DNA of 64,000 bases from Pseudomonadales bacterium. Its GTDB lineage: Bacteria > Pseudomonadota > Gammaproteobacteria > Pseudomonadales > Azotimanducaceae. The translations under genes were made by a program, and so were the position numbers. A model generated the notes under the pieces. The model made no database searches. It saw only the letters and a list, made by a program, of their open reading frames with translations, and had not been told where the DNA came from. The stretch lies in contig JAPYNO010000045.1 of assembly GCA_028283025.1 (NCBI GenBank), forward strand, positions 13,895 through 77,894, given 5' to 3'. Numbering within the stretch: the stretch's first letter is position 1; each line of letters begins with the position of its first letter. Positions 9,838 through 19,661 of the stretch are shown here, in pieces.

Positions 9838-10659
9838 ATGCAGCGACTTGGCCTTGTCGGCACGGGCATGATTGGCGGTTCGTTCGCACTTGCGCTGCGC
9901 GAGGCAGGCGAAGTGCGCGAGGTCATCGGATATGACGCCAACACGAAAGCTGTGCGAGAGGCCATCACGCTTGGTGTGGTTGACAAGCGCGCCATCTCGA
10001 TCGGCGAACTCACTCGAGTATGTGATGCGATTTTGGTGGCGGTGCCTGTCAATGAAACAGCTTCATGCGTGCAAGCTTGCCTCGATGCAGGCGCACAGTT
10101 CGTGATGGAGGCGGGCAGCGTCAAACGGCAAGTGTTCGAGGCGCTCGGTGAGCGCGTCAAGACAAGATTTGCATCGGTACATCCGATCGCCGGTAGCGAC
10201 AAGTCAGGCCCGAGCGCAGCGCGTGCGGATATGTATCAGGATCGCGTCCTGGTCGTGATCTCAGAAGGCGAGCAACGCTTGCGGCAGCAGGCGAGCGCGC
10301 TCTGGTCGGCGTGCGGGTCGCAGGTCATAGAGATGGACGCGCAATCGCACGATGCAACGCTTGCGCTCACCAGCCACTTGCCGCATCTGCTTGCCTTTAG
10401 CCTCATGAGGCTTGTGTCAGAGGGCGAGCCGCATTCATTGAAGCCATTGATGGGGCCGGGGTTCCGTGATTTCACGCGCCTTGCACGCGCTGATGATCGT
10501 ATGTGGCAGGCTATTTTTGAGGCCAATCGCGACGTGCTCGACGCCGAAATCACGCGCTATCAAGCTGAACTTGAAGCCATGCGAAAGCGCATCAACGACA
10601 CAGATGCCATGCGCGCTGCGCTTCGTGAAGCGACCGCGACGTTCGCCGTGCTACAGTAG
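9838..10659 (+). CDS. tyrA: Prephenate dehydrogenase
   Basis: Rossmann motif LGLVGTGMIGGSFALAL, followed by HPIAGS and SHLPHLLAF. Confidence 0.85.
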   Translation: MQRLGLVGTGMIGGSFALALREAGEVREVIGYDANTKAVREAITLGVVDKRAISIGELTRVCDAILVAVPVNETASCVQACLDAGAQFVMEAGSVKRQVFEALGERVKTRFASVHPIAGSDKSGPSAARADMYQDRVLVVISEGEQRLRQQASALWSACGSQVIEMDAQSHDATLALTSHLPHLLAFSLMRLVSEGEPHSLKPLMGPGFRDFTRLARADDRMWQAIFEANRDVLDAEITRYQAELEAMRKRINDTDAMRAALREATATFAVLQ

Positions 10660-10737
10660 AAAAACCTCTTTTTCCTCGCGTTCTTGGTAGGAAGAATGTC
10701 ATCTGATGCTCTTGTTGGCGAATAGAAGGAGCCCCAC

Positions 10738-11607
10738 ATGAACGCCAAAAAATATAAGGAAGTAAACGGCTTGAAAATGGCTTATGTCGAGGCAGGGCAG
10801 GGCAGTTCGCCAAGCATTGTGTTTCTGCACGGCAATCCGACTTCATCCTATCTTTGGCGGAACATCATGCCGCATGTCGCGGATCTTGGCCGCTGCATCG
10901 CACCGGACTTGATTGGCATGGGCGATTCGGACAAGCTGCCGGACTCAGGGCCGGAGCGCTACACCTTCGTCGAGCATCAACGCTATCTCGATGGGCTGCT
11001 TGATCAACTCAGCCTCGGCAATGAGGTGGTGCTCGTCATTCATGACTGGGGATCGGCGCTTGGGTTTGATTGGGCAAGACGGCATCCGCAGCGCGTCAAG
11101 GGCGTCGCCTACATGGAGGCGATTGTTCGGCCGATGCGCTGGTCAGATTGGAACGAGGCGGCGCGGCCTGTCTTTCAAGGCTTGCGCTCGAGCGCAGGCG
11201 AGCAGATGGTGCTTGAGAAGAACATCTTTGTGGAGCGCGTGCTGCCAGGCTCCATCGAGCGCCAGCTGAGCGATGATGAAATGGCAGAGTACAGGCGCCC
11301 ATTCTTGAGTCCCGGCGAAGACCGGCGCCCAACGCTCACTTGGCCGCGCCAGATTCCGCTCGACGGTGAGCCAGAGGATGTGGTGCAGATCGTGGAAGCC
11401 TATGCGCGCTATTTCTCGGCGAGCGATCTGCCGAAGCTGCTCGTGAGTGCCGAGCCGGGCGCGATTCTGATCGGCGAGCAGCTTGAGTTTTGTCGCGCTT
11501 GGCGCAATCAGACGGAAGTCACCGTCGCTGGCAGCCATTTCATTCAAGAAGACTCCGCAGAGGAAATTGGCAGCGCACTGCGAAGCTGGCTGCAGCGTAT
11601 CGCGTGA
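10738..11607 (+). CDS. Haloalkane dehalogenase, HLD-II type (DhaA/LinB-like alpha/beta hydrolase)
   Basis: [13 protein letters not shown] supplies the Asn, [10 protein letters not shown] the Asp-Trp, YMEAIV the Glu and GSHFIQEDS the His. AGGAG lies 7 nt before the ATG. Confidence 0.85.
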   Translation: MNAKKYKEVNGLKMAYVEAGQGSSPSIVFLHGNPTSSYLWRNIMPHVADLGRCIAPDLIGMGDSDKLPDSGPERYTFVEHQRYLDGLLDQLSLGNEVVLVIHDWGSALGFDWARRHPQRVKGVAYMEAIVRPMRWSDWNEAARPVFQGLRSSAGEQMVLEKNIFVERVLPGSIERQLSDDEMAEYRRPFLSPGEDRRPTLTWPRQIPLDGEPEDVVQIVEAYARYFSASDLPKLLVSAEPGAILIGEQLEFCRAWRNQTEVTVAGSHFIQEDSAEEIGSALRSWLQRIA

Positions 11608-12269
11608 CAGAGTTTCAGTGCGACTCGGGTTTAAGGGCGCTCGTTCGCGAACGATTGCGGACCTTTGACACGCGCCGTGAGGTGATGGTCGGTAAAGGCA
11701 GCGCCGTTGCGCTCGCCATCACGGATGCGGGGCACGGCGGCAATGTGCCTGGCTTGGCCAAGCATTCAGCGTGGAGCAATGATGCGGCCATTATCATGAC
11801 GCGGCGCGCCTCACATCTTCGCAGCCACGCAGGTCAATGGGCGTTTCCGGGCGGACGCATGGATGAGGGAGAAAGGCCCGAGGAAACCGCGCTTCGTGAG
11901 ATGCGCGAGGAAATTCATCTTGACCTTGGCATGGCGCACGTCATTGGCAGGCTCGACGATTTCGAGACGCGCTCTGGCTATGTGATGACGCCGGTCGTCT
12001 TCTGGGCAGGCCCTCAGCGCTCAATGAAAGCCAATCCGCACGAAGTCGCTTCCATTCACCGCATCCCGCTCGCTGAATTAACGCGCGCCGATGCGCCGCT
12101 CCTGACGCAGATTCCCGAAAGCGAGCAGCCTGTGCTGAGGATGCCGATTGGCGAATCGTGGATTGCAGCGCCCACTGCTGCGCTCCTCTATCAGTTCCGT
12201 GAAGTCTGCCTCTTTGGACGCGCAACGCGCGTCTCGCATTTTGAGCAACCTTATTTTGCTTGGCGCTGA
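11604..12269 (+). CDS. NUDIX hydrolase, CoA pyrophosphatase-like
   Basis: Nudix box [34 protein letters not shown] start at 11604 would overlap the dehalogenase stop (GTGA). An ATG alternative exists at 11685. Confidence 0.75.
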   Translation: MTEFQCDSGLRALVRERLRTFDTRREVMVGKGSAVALAITDAGHGGNVPGLAKHSAWSNDAAIIMTRRASHLRSHAGQWAFPGGRMDEGERPEETALREMREEIHLDLGMAHVIGRLDDFETRSGYVMTPVVFWAGPQRSMKANPHEVASIHRIPLAELTRADAPLLTQIPESEQPVLRMPIGESWIAAPTAALLYQFREVCLFGRATRVSHFEQPYFAWR

Positions 12270-12338
12270 AGGATGTCGATGTGAGCGCCGTATATCGCGC
12301 TTCCTGCTACCATAAGACTTTTCTTGCGGAGTACTCCA

Positions 12339-12815
12339 TTGGCAATTCAAGTAGGCGATCAACTTCCAGACGTTGCACTCACCGTCATGCAGGACGGCAC
12401 ACCAAAAAGCCTATCGCGAGACGACTTGTTCGCGGGCAAGAAAGTAGCGCTCTTCGCCGTGCCTGGCGCGTTCACGCCCACCTGCTCCATCGCGCACCTG
12501 CCGGGGTTCGTTGTCAAGGCTGACGAGATTCACGCCAAAGGCGTCGATAGCATCGTCTGCCTCTCTGTCAACGATGTCTTCGTCATGGATGCGTGGGGCA
12601 AGGATAAGAATGCCGAAGCCCTCATCATGGCATCCGATGGTAACGGCGATTTCACCGAAGCGATTGGCCTTGGCGACGCTGGCGCACTCGGCATAGGTGT
12701 GCGTTCACGGCGTTATGCGATGGTTGTTGATGACGGCATCGTGTCGGTGCTCAACATCGAGGCGCCCGGTCAATTCGAGGTGAGTTCTGCCGAGGCTGTG
12801 CTGGCGACCTTGTAG
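12339..12815 (+). CDS. Peroxiredoxin, Prx5/type-2 (AhpC/TSA family)
   Basis: Motif FAVPGAFTPTCS. I prefer the TTG start at 12339 because GGAG lies 7 nt upstream and it gives the N-terminus AIQVGDQLPD. The track start at 12324 is also TTG. Confidence 0.8.
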   Translation: MAIQVGDQLPDVALTVMQDGTPKSLSRDDLFAGKKVALFAVPGAFTPTCSIAHLPGFVVKADEIHAKGVDSIVCLSVNDVFVMDAWGKDKNAEALIMASDGNGDFTEAIGLGDAGALGIGVRSRRYAMVVDDGIVSVLNIEAPGQFEVSSAEAVLATL

Positions 12816-12885
12816 CACGAGGCATCTATTACCGAACTGTCACCGAATATTGCCGAAGCTTCAATCAAGAAAGCCAAGGCTGCGT

Positions 12886-13959
12886 TCACAGCATCAATTG
12901 CTGCATTCGGTCGAGCGTCCAATAGCAGGCGATGCTGCCGACCGCGTAGAGTGGCAGCGCGCGAAGCATGTTCGGGATGCGTTCGAGAAGCGGCGCCAAT
13001 CCGGCAAACGCGATTAGCACGCAGGCGATCACGCCGAGTTGCCCGGCCTCGACGCCGAGGTTAAAGAGCAGCAAAGCCATGGCGAGACTCTCCTGCGGCA
13101 GGCCAATTTCGGCAAGCGCACCGGCGAATCCAAAGCCGTGCAGAAGCCCAAAGACAAATGCCACTTGCCAAGGTCGTCTGGCCACGAGCCCTTGACGCTT
13201 CGGGTCGCGGGCGATCTCGTAGGCGAGCAGGACAATGCTCAAAGCGATCACCGTTTCCACCGGGCCTTGCGATAAAGTGACAAGTTCAAGTACGGCAAGC
13301 GCGAGCGTGACGCTGTGCGCGATGGTGAAGCTCGTGACAGTGGCGGCGAGCACGCCGACTCGGGGCAGAATGCGCTGCCTCGGCGTCTGTGCTTGCTCAG
13401 GTAAGCTGTCTTTCGGAGCGCCAAGAATGAGCAGTATCAAGCCGAGCACGAACAGCAGATGATCGATGCCTGCGAGCATGTGCGTCACGCCGAGCGTGAA
13501 ATAAGCAGGCAAACCAATGGCGCCAGCTTCGGGTATGCGAATGCTCGGATTCGATGCATTAAGGAGCGCTTGGAACTCTTTTCCGTCTGCAAAGCGGATT
13601 CGAAGCAGCGCGTCCGTCAAAGTAGCTTGCAGACCATCAATGGTGATGGTCGTGCCTTCGATGCTGGGGGCGCATGTAAGCGTACCGGTGAATCGAAACG
13701 CGGCTTCGAGGGTTTCGGGCAATGGATCTTGTTGGTAATGACAGGCTGGAGAAAAGGCAGGCGCGAGTTTGAGTGTTTTGTAGCCTGTGCGCGGCAGCTT
13801 CCACGATGTGCGAAAGTGGGCGGTGTTGTCCTGTTCGGAAGTGAGAGCTTCAATTTCGAGCAGCCCAGGACGAATTTCGTGCGCTTGGGCGCATCCGAGC
13901 GCGATGAGGCCAATCATGCTGAATGTGCCGACGATACCGATATCAAGCGGATGCTTCAC
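12886..13959 (-). CDS. HupE/UreJ-family membrane protein with extra N-terminal periplasmic domain
   Basis: The signal peptide ends ...GCAQA|HE. The C-terminal half has multiple TM segments, including GIDHLLFVLGLILL and LLHGFGFAGAL, which are typical of HupE/UreJ. The GTG start overlaps the upstream stop (GTGA). Confidence 0.65.
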   Translation of the reverse strand: MKHPLDIGIVGTFSMIGLIALGCAQAHEIRPGLLEIEALTSEQDNTAHFRTSWKLPRTGYKTLKLAPAFSPACHYQQDPLPETLEAAFRFTGTLTCAPSIEGTTITIDGLQATLTDALLRIRFADGKEFQALLNASNPSIRIPEAGAIGLPAYFTLGVTHMLAGIDHLLFVLGLILLILGAPKDSLPEQAQTPRQRILPRVGVLAATVTSFTIAHSVTLALAVLELVTLSQGPVETVIALSIVLLAYEIARDPKRQGLVARRPWQVAFVFGLLHGFGFAGALAEIGLPQESLAMALLLFNLGVEAGQLGVIACVLIAFAGLAPLLERIPNMLRALPLYAVGSIACYWTLDRMQQLML

Positions 13960-14810
13960 GGCGCATGCACCTCACCACCGTCAATAATATCTTCAACAAT
14001 CTGGTATTTGCTACGCAAATCTTGCACGAAATCGAGGTATGCCTGCTGCCGCTGCTCAGCTTGATAATCACGTTCGATATTTGCTCGTACCTGTTCGAAT
14101 GTAGGGAGTAGCGGGTCGCTGCGCGACTCAATAAATACGAAGTGCAGGCCATGCGATGAAGCGATCGGCCCCGCCCATGACCGAGTCGGCAATCGAAGCA
14201 ATTCGTCGGCGAATGCTTGCCCAAGGTCGCCTGATACGCGCGCAAGCGGCGCATGTGCATACCGCAGCGGCAGCAGGAAGACATCGCCTTCGGCGCTTCT
14301 CCCGGCGATCAGTGCCGCTTCAATGGCGTCAAGGCGCGCGACCAACGCATCCTCGTCGCCATTGGCATGTGCGCTTGGATTGATGTAGACATGGCTGAAA
14401 CTAACGCGCGCCGGTTCGCGGTAGTCAGCCGCGCGGGTATCGAACCATTCGCGCAGGACAGCCTCTGTCGGTATTTGGTCGAGCATGGCATCTTCGCTTA
14501 AGAAGCGAACTTTCTGAGTCAAGCGACGCCTTATGATCTGGTCTCCATCGTCAAGCCCGAGCGCGAGCGCTTCCCGATAGAGCATTTCTTCAACAATGTG
14601 ATCGTCAATGAGTGAACGCATCTCAGGCGCCGTCGGGGTGCGCCCATAGCTTGCCTCCCAGGTGACGGAGAGTCGCTCGCGTAGGCTTTGATCAATATGG
14701 ATTTCGCGCGCCGCATCGCGGTTCACCGTCTGATCGAGGATGAAGATGAGTGCGCCTAGGCAGAGGAACCAAACCAAAGGCTCGCGGAAGAATCGGTGAC
14801 GGAAAGTCAT
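13956..14810 (-). CDS. Peptidyl-prolyl isomerase-like (parvulin/SurA-N-like) membrane-anchored protein
   Basis: ORF 13956..14900, trimmed to MTFRHRFFREPLVWFLCLGALIF (N-terminal TM). The pattern IVEEMLYREALALGLDDGDQIIRRRL is typical of PpiD/SurA-like chaperone domains. Confidence 0.5.
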   Translation of the reverse strand: MTFRHRFFREPLVWFLCLGALIFILDQTVNRDAAREIHIDQSLRERLSVTWEASYGRTPTAPEMRSLIDDHIVEEMLYREALALGLDDGDQIIRRRLTQKVRFLSEDAMLDQIPTEAVLREWFDTRAADYREPARVSFSHVYINPSAHANGDEDALVARLDAIEAALIAGRSAEGDVFLLPLRYAHAPLARVSGDLGQAFADELLRLPTRSWAGPIASSHGLHFVFIESRSDPLLPTFEQVRANIERDYQAEQRQQAYLDFVQDLRSKYQIVEDIIDGGEVHAP

Positions 14811-14812
14811 AT

Positions 14813-16240
14813 CTATTCGGGGCCTTGCAGTGCCGGATATTTGGGTTGGTCGATATGCAATTGAAACATGGCGGTTTGCCGCAGGTGTGATTGCAGGCAT
14901 TGATCGTCAAGCGGCATCTCGCCGTTTCGTAAAGCTGTGCAAAGTTCGCCTCTCAGTGTTGCAATATCCGCGTTGATGCCTAGCAATGCTCGCAATCGCT
15001 CATGTTCTTCACTTCGATGCTGGGGTAATAGGCTCGATTCTCTGAACAGAATCGCAAGTGAGTTACTCGCGACAAGCGAGAGGAAACTGGTTCGCCCGGA
15101 AGTCCGGTTGCGTACCTCCGAGCGCAAGAAGTCATGAACGCTTTTTAAGAGTTCGGCGCTCTCCGGCATGTCAAGGCCATCTCCGGCAGCGACCGGCTGA
15201 GGCAGGTCGAAGGCGCCGGGAAATAGGAGGTTGACGCAATCCGCTTGGCATTCGGAAGTGCGTCTGCCGATGGCAGGGCGCTCGACTGTTTTGTCAGGGC
15301 CGGTGCGGTAGTGTTCGACCATGCCAAGGCAGCCGATCGCCCACCAGAACGAACCAAAAAGCTCCCAGAATTTGAGATGCGCAGCAGAGACCACATGGCC
15401 TGAGTGCCGGGCGTAGGCGGCGAGCAACGCCTCGCGGGTGCCGATTCCGCCTGCGGGCAGGGTGCCGCCGAATCGCCAGGAGCGCGTACACAGCCAGCCA
15501 AGGTCGCGTACAGGATCGCCAATATAGGCGAGTTCCCAATCGAGCACGGCGCAGATGCCATCCTGATCGACCATGAGATTGCCGATGCGAAAGTCGTTGT
15601 GAACAAGCGCTCGAAGGTTCTTCGCCGGTAGGTTCTCAAGTAGCCAGCGCGCCGTGTAGTCGATCATCGGCTGGGCGAAGGCAAGATCTTGGTAGCGCGC
15701 ATAGGTCTCGGTCACGAAAGCTTCCGGCGACAGGTGCGTGAGCTGCTTGGCAAGGCCAGTCGCCTCAAGATCGATGGCATGAATGCGCGCGAGCACAGCG
15801 CCGCACTGCTCGATCAAATGTTTGCGGGCACGCGCTAAATCGGGCGATGTGACAATGCGTCTGCCGAGCGTCTCGCCCTCAAGCCACTGCATGATGAAGC
15901 CCTCGCCGAGTCCGTCCGACTCTTGCAACACATAGTGAACTTCGGGTTCAGGCACGCCTGCGGCGCGCGCCGCGCGCATCAGTGCGGCTTCGGCGGCAAG
16001 CCCCGGTCTTCGCTCATCACTCAGGACGGCTTCTCCGCCTGGTGAGCGCCGCAGGCATAAGTGCTGCGTCCCGTCCGGCGTCTCGACGATGAGCTTGTAG
16101 GTTTCTTGGCTCGCGCCGCCCGATAGCCGTTGTATCGATACAAGACCTTGCACAAGCGGCATTTCGCGCATCAGCACGCTTGCCAGCGTGTCTTGTGCAA
16201 TGTCCAGCAAGGCACTACTCCCGTTTCTGTTGGGATTCAT
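14813..16240 (-). CDS. Phosphotransferase (APH/choline-kinase fold) family protein with C-terminal extension
   Basis: ORF 14813..16366, trimmed to MNPNRNGSS (16240). The catalytic region reads ALVHNDFRIGNLMV...AVLDWELAYIGDPVRDL. Confidence 0.7.
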   Translation of the reverse strand: MNPNRNGSSALLDIAQDTLASVLMREMPLVQGLVSIQRLSGGASQETYKLIVETPDGTQHLCLRRSPGGEAVLSDERRPGLAAEAALMRAARAAGVPEPEVHYVLQESDGLGEGFIMQWLEGETLGRRIVTSPDLARARKHLIEQCGAVLARIHAIDLEATGLAKQLTHLSPEAFVTETYARYQDLAFAQPMIDYTARWLLENLPAKNLRALVHNDFRIGNLMVDQDGICAVLDWELAYIGDPVRDLGWLCTRSWRFGGTLPAGGIGTREALLAAYARHSGHVVSAAHLKFWELFGSFWWAIGCLGMVEHYRTGPDKTVERPAIGRRTSECQADCVNLLFPGAFDLPQPVAAGDGLDMPESAELLKSVHDFLRSEVRNRTSGRTSFLSLVASNSLAILFRESSLLPQHRSEEHERLRALLGINADIATLRGELCTALRNGEMPLDDQCLQSHLRQTAMFQLHIDQPKYPALQGPE

Positions 16241-16253
16241 CGCAGGATGCGCA

Positions 16254-17501
16254 TTATGAACGCGATTCGCCTTTGGTTGAAGCGCTCTTGGGCACTTGCA
16301 AGGCGAAGCCGCTCGCGCAGAGGATGGTGACAAGAGCAATAGCGATGAACGCCGCGTGCCAGTCAAAGGCTTCGGCCACCACCCCCATCAACAGATAGAA
16401 GCCAATGCCAATGATCGCATCGAGCATCCATGCGGCCGAGGTGACGGTGGCGCGTGAATCGCCTTGAATGCGCATCTGCATACGCGCTTGCAGATGCACA
16501 AAGCTAATCGAGCAGGTGAAGAAGTAGGCGACCAGGCAGACGACGCCGAGCACACCGGGTACGAACACGCAGCCAAGCAGCATGACGCCGGAGAGCGCCA
16601 TGAAGAGATGCACGCTTGCGTGTTTTTCAAGGCGAAGCCGCTCTGCGAGTACCAGTCCGATGCTCGCGCCAAGGTAGGCCACACCCGCGATAACGCCGAT
16701 CAATCCAAGCGTGATGCCTGGCTTCTCTTTGTAAAGCGGCCCGATGTACTCTTCCAAAGCCCCGAAGGTGGCGCCGAGCGTTGCGAACGCAAGCAGGAAG
16801 TGGCGTAGTTCAGGGTTCGGCATAATTTCTCGAATCGCGTCTTGGACGACGCCGAGAAACGAGCGCTTGGCTGCGCCTTCGCTCTTCGGCCGCGGATCGC
16901 GAATCAGCCACCAGAGGGTAGATGCTCCGAGCCAGGGGGCGACCATGCTCAGCAGCAGGACTTGTTCGTAGCCGAGCCAGGTGGCTACATAGCCGCCGAG
17001 AATGAGCGCACAGGTCGCACCGAGTGAACGCGCTGCGAGCGAGCGGCCGTAGATTCGCGTATAGATGCGCTCGATCCATCTGAGCTTGCGCGCGTCGTTG
17101 GGATTGTGTCCCGCCGCGCCGCGAATCGTGTCATAGATGAGTGATTCCGAGGTGCCAGACTGTAGCGCTCCGGCGATCGCCCAAGTGATGAAGCCAAGCG
17201 CATAGCCCCAGAAGTGAGGCATGAGCATCCAGCACAAAAAGCAGAATCCTTCCACCACACCAGCGATCGTGAGCAAGGCGCGGCGGTCAAGCCGGTCAGC
17301 CAAGGCGCCGAGGGGAATCTCAAGCATGATCGCGATGCCCGACCAAATCACGAGCAGCAGGCTGAACTCAATTTTCGAAACTGATTCAAGCATCATGATG
17401 CCAAACACTGGATAGATCAGCACAAGTTCGGTCAAAAACGCATGGCAATACCAAGCGGCTTCAAAGCGTCCTATACGAGTGAGTCGTGGCTGGCGAGACA
17501 C
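16254..17501 (-). CDS. MFS transporter
   Basis: Multiple TM segments and the loop GALADRLDRR. I prefer the GTG start at 17501 (VSRQPRLTRIGRFEAAW). The track start at 17582 is TTG. Confidence 0.7.
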   Translation of the reverse strand: MSRQPRLTRIGRFEAAWYCHAFLTELVLIYPVFGIMMLESVSKIEFSLLLVIWSGIAIMLEIPLGALADRLDRRALLTIAGVVEGFCFLCWMLMPHFWGYALGFITWAIAGALQSGTSESLIYDTIRGAAGHNPNDARKLRWIERIYTRIYGRSLAARSLGATCALILGGYVATWLGYEQVLLLSMVAPWLGASTLWWLIRDPRPKSEGAAKRSFLGVVQDAIREIMPNPELRHFLLAFATLGATFGALEEYIGPLYKEKPGITLGLIGVIAGVAYLGASIGLVLAERLRLEKHASVHLFMALSGVMLLGCVFVPGVLGVVCLVAYFFTCSISFVHLQARMQMRIQGDSRATVTSAAWMLDAIIGIGFYLLMGVVAEAFDWHAAFIAIALVTILCASGFALQVPKSASTKGESRS

Positions 17502-17598
17502 GGGGCACCCCGGTTGCGTGCGGATGTGTGTGCAGATGCGCACGAGTTCATGGCGGCAATCATCGACGGGAGTCGCGGCCAAACTGCCTATGCTGGAC

Positions 17599-18276
17599 TC
17601 ACCTTGGTCGCCGCGCGGCTGTACTTGAGGTTGGCGCGCTCTGTTTAAGCGCCTCGGCGAACTTCGCCCATTTGGGCTTGCTGCTCAAGAAAGCCTGGAT
17701 GTCGGCCTTGGTGACAATGCTCTTGATCGGCACGCCGATTTCCTCACTGACGGTTTCAAGGCAAGTTCGCGCCGCTCTGCCGCTTGGGTCTTGACGATCA
17801 ACCCCGACGAGCACACCGACGAACTCTGCGCCAAATCTGATGGCGCGCGCCTGCATCTCCTTGGCGGTGGTGCCTGCGGAGATCACATCGTCGAGCAGCA
17901 GAACACGTCCTGCAAGCGGCGCGCCGAGGCCATCGCCGCCCTCGCCATGATCTTTGGCTTCCTTGCGATTGAAGCCGACCTTGACGTCCGTTGCAAAGGC
18001 TTCGCTGAAGGCCGCAGCTGTTGCGGTGGCAATGGGAATGCCTTTGTAAGCAGCGCCAAAAAGCATGTCGAACTCAATGCCCCAGGCTTGGATTCGCTTC
18101 GCATACACCTTGCCGAGCTCGGCGAGTGCCTTGCCGGTTGCGAGATTGCCGAAGTTTAGGAAGTATGGGGTCTTGAGTCCGGCTTTGGTGACAAAGTCGC
18201 CGAACATGAGGACGTTTGATTCGAGAAGAAGCTCGACAAACGCGGATTGATCGGATTGGTCGGTTTGACTGGTCAC
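17599..18276 (-). CDS. pyrE: Orotate phosphoribosyltransferase
   Basis: FGAAYKGIPIATATA, FNRKEAKDHGEGG and the PRPP motif VLLLDDVISAGTT parallel E. coli PyrE. The GTG start overlaps the upstream stop (GTGA at 18273-18276). Confidence 0.9.
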   Translation of the reverse strand: MTSQTDQSDQSAFVELLLESNVLMFGDFVTKAGLKTPYFLNFGNLATGKALAELGKVYAKRIQAWGIEFDMLFGAAYKGIPIATATAAAFSEAFATDVKVGFNRKEAKDHGEGGDGLGAPLAGRVLLLDDVISAGTTAKEMQARAIRFGAEFVGVLVGVDRQDPSGRAARTCLETVSEEIGVPIKSIVTKADIQAFLSSKPKWAKFAEALKQSAPTSSTAARRPR

Positions 18277-19661
18277 GATGCGCGCCCAAACACTGCGTCG
18301 AGCACTCGACCCGCCCATTTCGATGGGCGACCGGTTTTTGCTTCCGATGCGTCCGCTTGGTTGCCGATCAGCCTGACGGCGCGGCTACCGAGCCAGCGCA
18401 AAGGCTCCGCCGGCCAAGTTGTCGGCGTTTCGCGCACCCAAGCGAGCTCTGTAAGGGCGGTGGCGCGGCCGAGCGTCAGGTCTACGAGCGCGCGCGCCGC
18501 CAAGTTGGAAGCACCGACGCCTTCTCCAACATAGCCGCCTGCCGCGCCAATCCCAGTTTCCCTGTCGAATTGCACGAAGGGTCGTCCGCGCCGAGGCACC
18601 CCGAATAGACCGCCCCATTTGTGGGTGATCTTGACATTGGAGAGCATCGGCAGCATGGTTTTCATAGCGCTTTCAACCTTGGCGAAGTTGGGATGCGCCT
18701 GCGGGAGGGCCGACAGTAGCTTCGAGCCGAAATAGTATTCGAGGCAGCCGCCGAATGCGAGTCGGTTGTCGAGCGTGCGCTGCCCGTAGATAGTGAGGTG
18801 GCGGCCATCGTCGAAGGTTTCGCGGCGCGCGAGGCCAATGTCGCGCCACATGTCGTCGTCAAGCGGCTGCGTTGCGATCATGTGCGTGTAGAGCGGCATC
18901 AGCGTTCGCGCCTGCCCGGCGATTGACCCTGTGTAGCCTTCGGTGGCGCGCAGGATCTTGCCCGCCCTGACTTGTCCGCGCCGAGTGGTCACAATGCCGG
19001 GTTCAATACGCAGCACGGGTGTGTCCTCAAAAATCTCGACACCCTTGGCGCGGACGCGCTCGCCAAGGCCTCGAACGAGGCGCCCGGGGTGAATAGCGGC
19101 GCAGTGCTTGGTGTAGCTCGCGCCGAGATTCGGCTCTGCAGCGAGCCGCTGGGACGATGCCTCTTGTGGAATCCAAGTGAAGTCATCGTCGTCGAAACCA
19201 AGTGAATGCTTGAAGTCAATCGCTTTTTTCATGGCATCGACTTCGTGCGGGTAACGCGCGATAGTGAGCGTGCCGCCTTTGGCGTAATGGCAGTCGATGT
19301 TCTCGGCTTGGCAGACGCGCCCAACTTCATCGACGGTGTCCTGCATGGCGCGCATGAGCGTGACGCCTTCGCTACGCTCAGCATCGCTCTCAAGCATCGC
19401 CGAGATGCCCTCTGCGGTGCCCATGCACCAGCCGCCGTTACGACCGCTTGCGCCGAAGCCGACATAGTTGGCTTCAAAAACGCCGATGACAAGTTCGGGT
19501 TGCTTGGCTTTCAGGTAGTAGGCGCTCCACAGCCCGGTAAAGCCAGCGCCCACAATTGCGACATCGACTTGCTCAGGAAAGGCAGTAGGTGCTTGCAAAG
19601 GTTCGATGTCTGCAAGCGAATCAAACCAGAAGTTGCCGTTGTGATACATCGCCTGAGCCAT
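18273..19661 (-). CDS. FAD-dependent oxidoreductase (DAO family, gamma-glutamylputrescine oxidase-like)
   Basis: Dinucleotide fold VDVAIVGAGFTGLWSAYYL, then GASGRNGG. 462 aa. Confidence 0.75.
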   Translation of the reverse strand: MAQAMYHNGNFWFDSLADIEPLQAPTAFPEQVDVAIVGAGFTGLWSAYYLKAKQPELVIGVFEANYVGFGASGRNGGWCMGTAEGISAMLESDAERSEGVTLMRAMQDTVDEVGRVCQAENIDCHYAKGGTLTIARYPHEVDAMKKAIDFKHSLGFDDDDFTWIPQEASSQRLAAEPNLGASYTKHCAAIHPGRLVRGLGERVRAKGVEIFEDTPVLRIEPGIVTTRRGQVRAGKILRATEGYTGSIAGQARTLMPLYTHMIATQPLDDDMWRDIGLARRETFDDGRHLTIYGQRTLDNRLAFGGCLEYYFGSKLLSALPQAHPNFAKVESAMKTMLPMLSNVKITHKWGGLFGVPRRGRPFVQFDRETGIGAAGGYVGEGVGASNLAARALVDLTLGRATALTELAWVRETPTTWPAEPLRWLGSRAVRLIGNQADASEAKTGRPSKWAGRVLDAVFGRAS

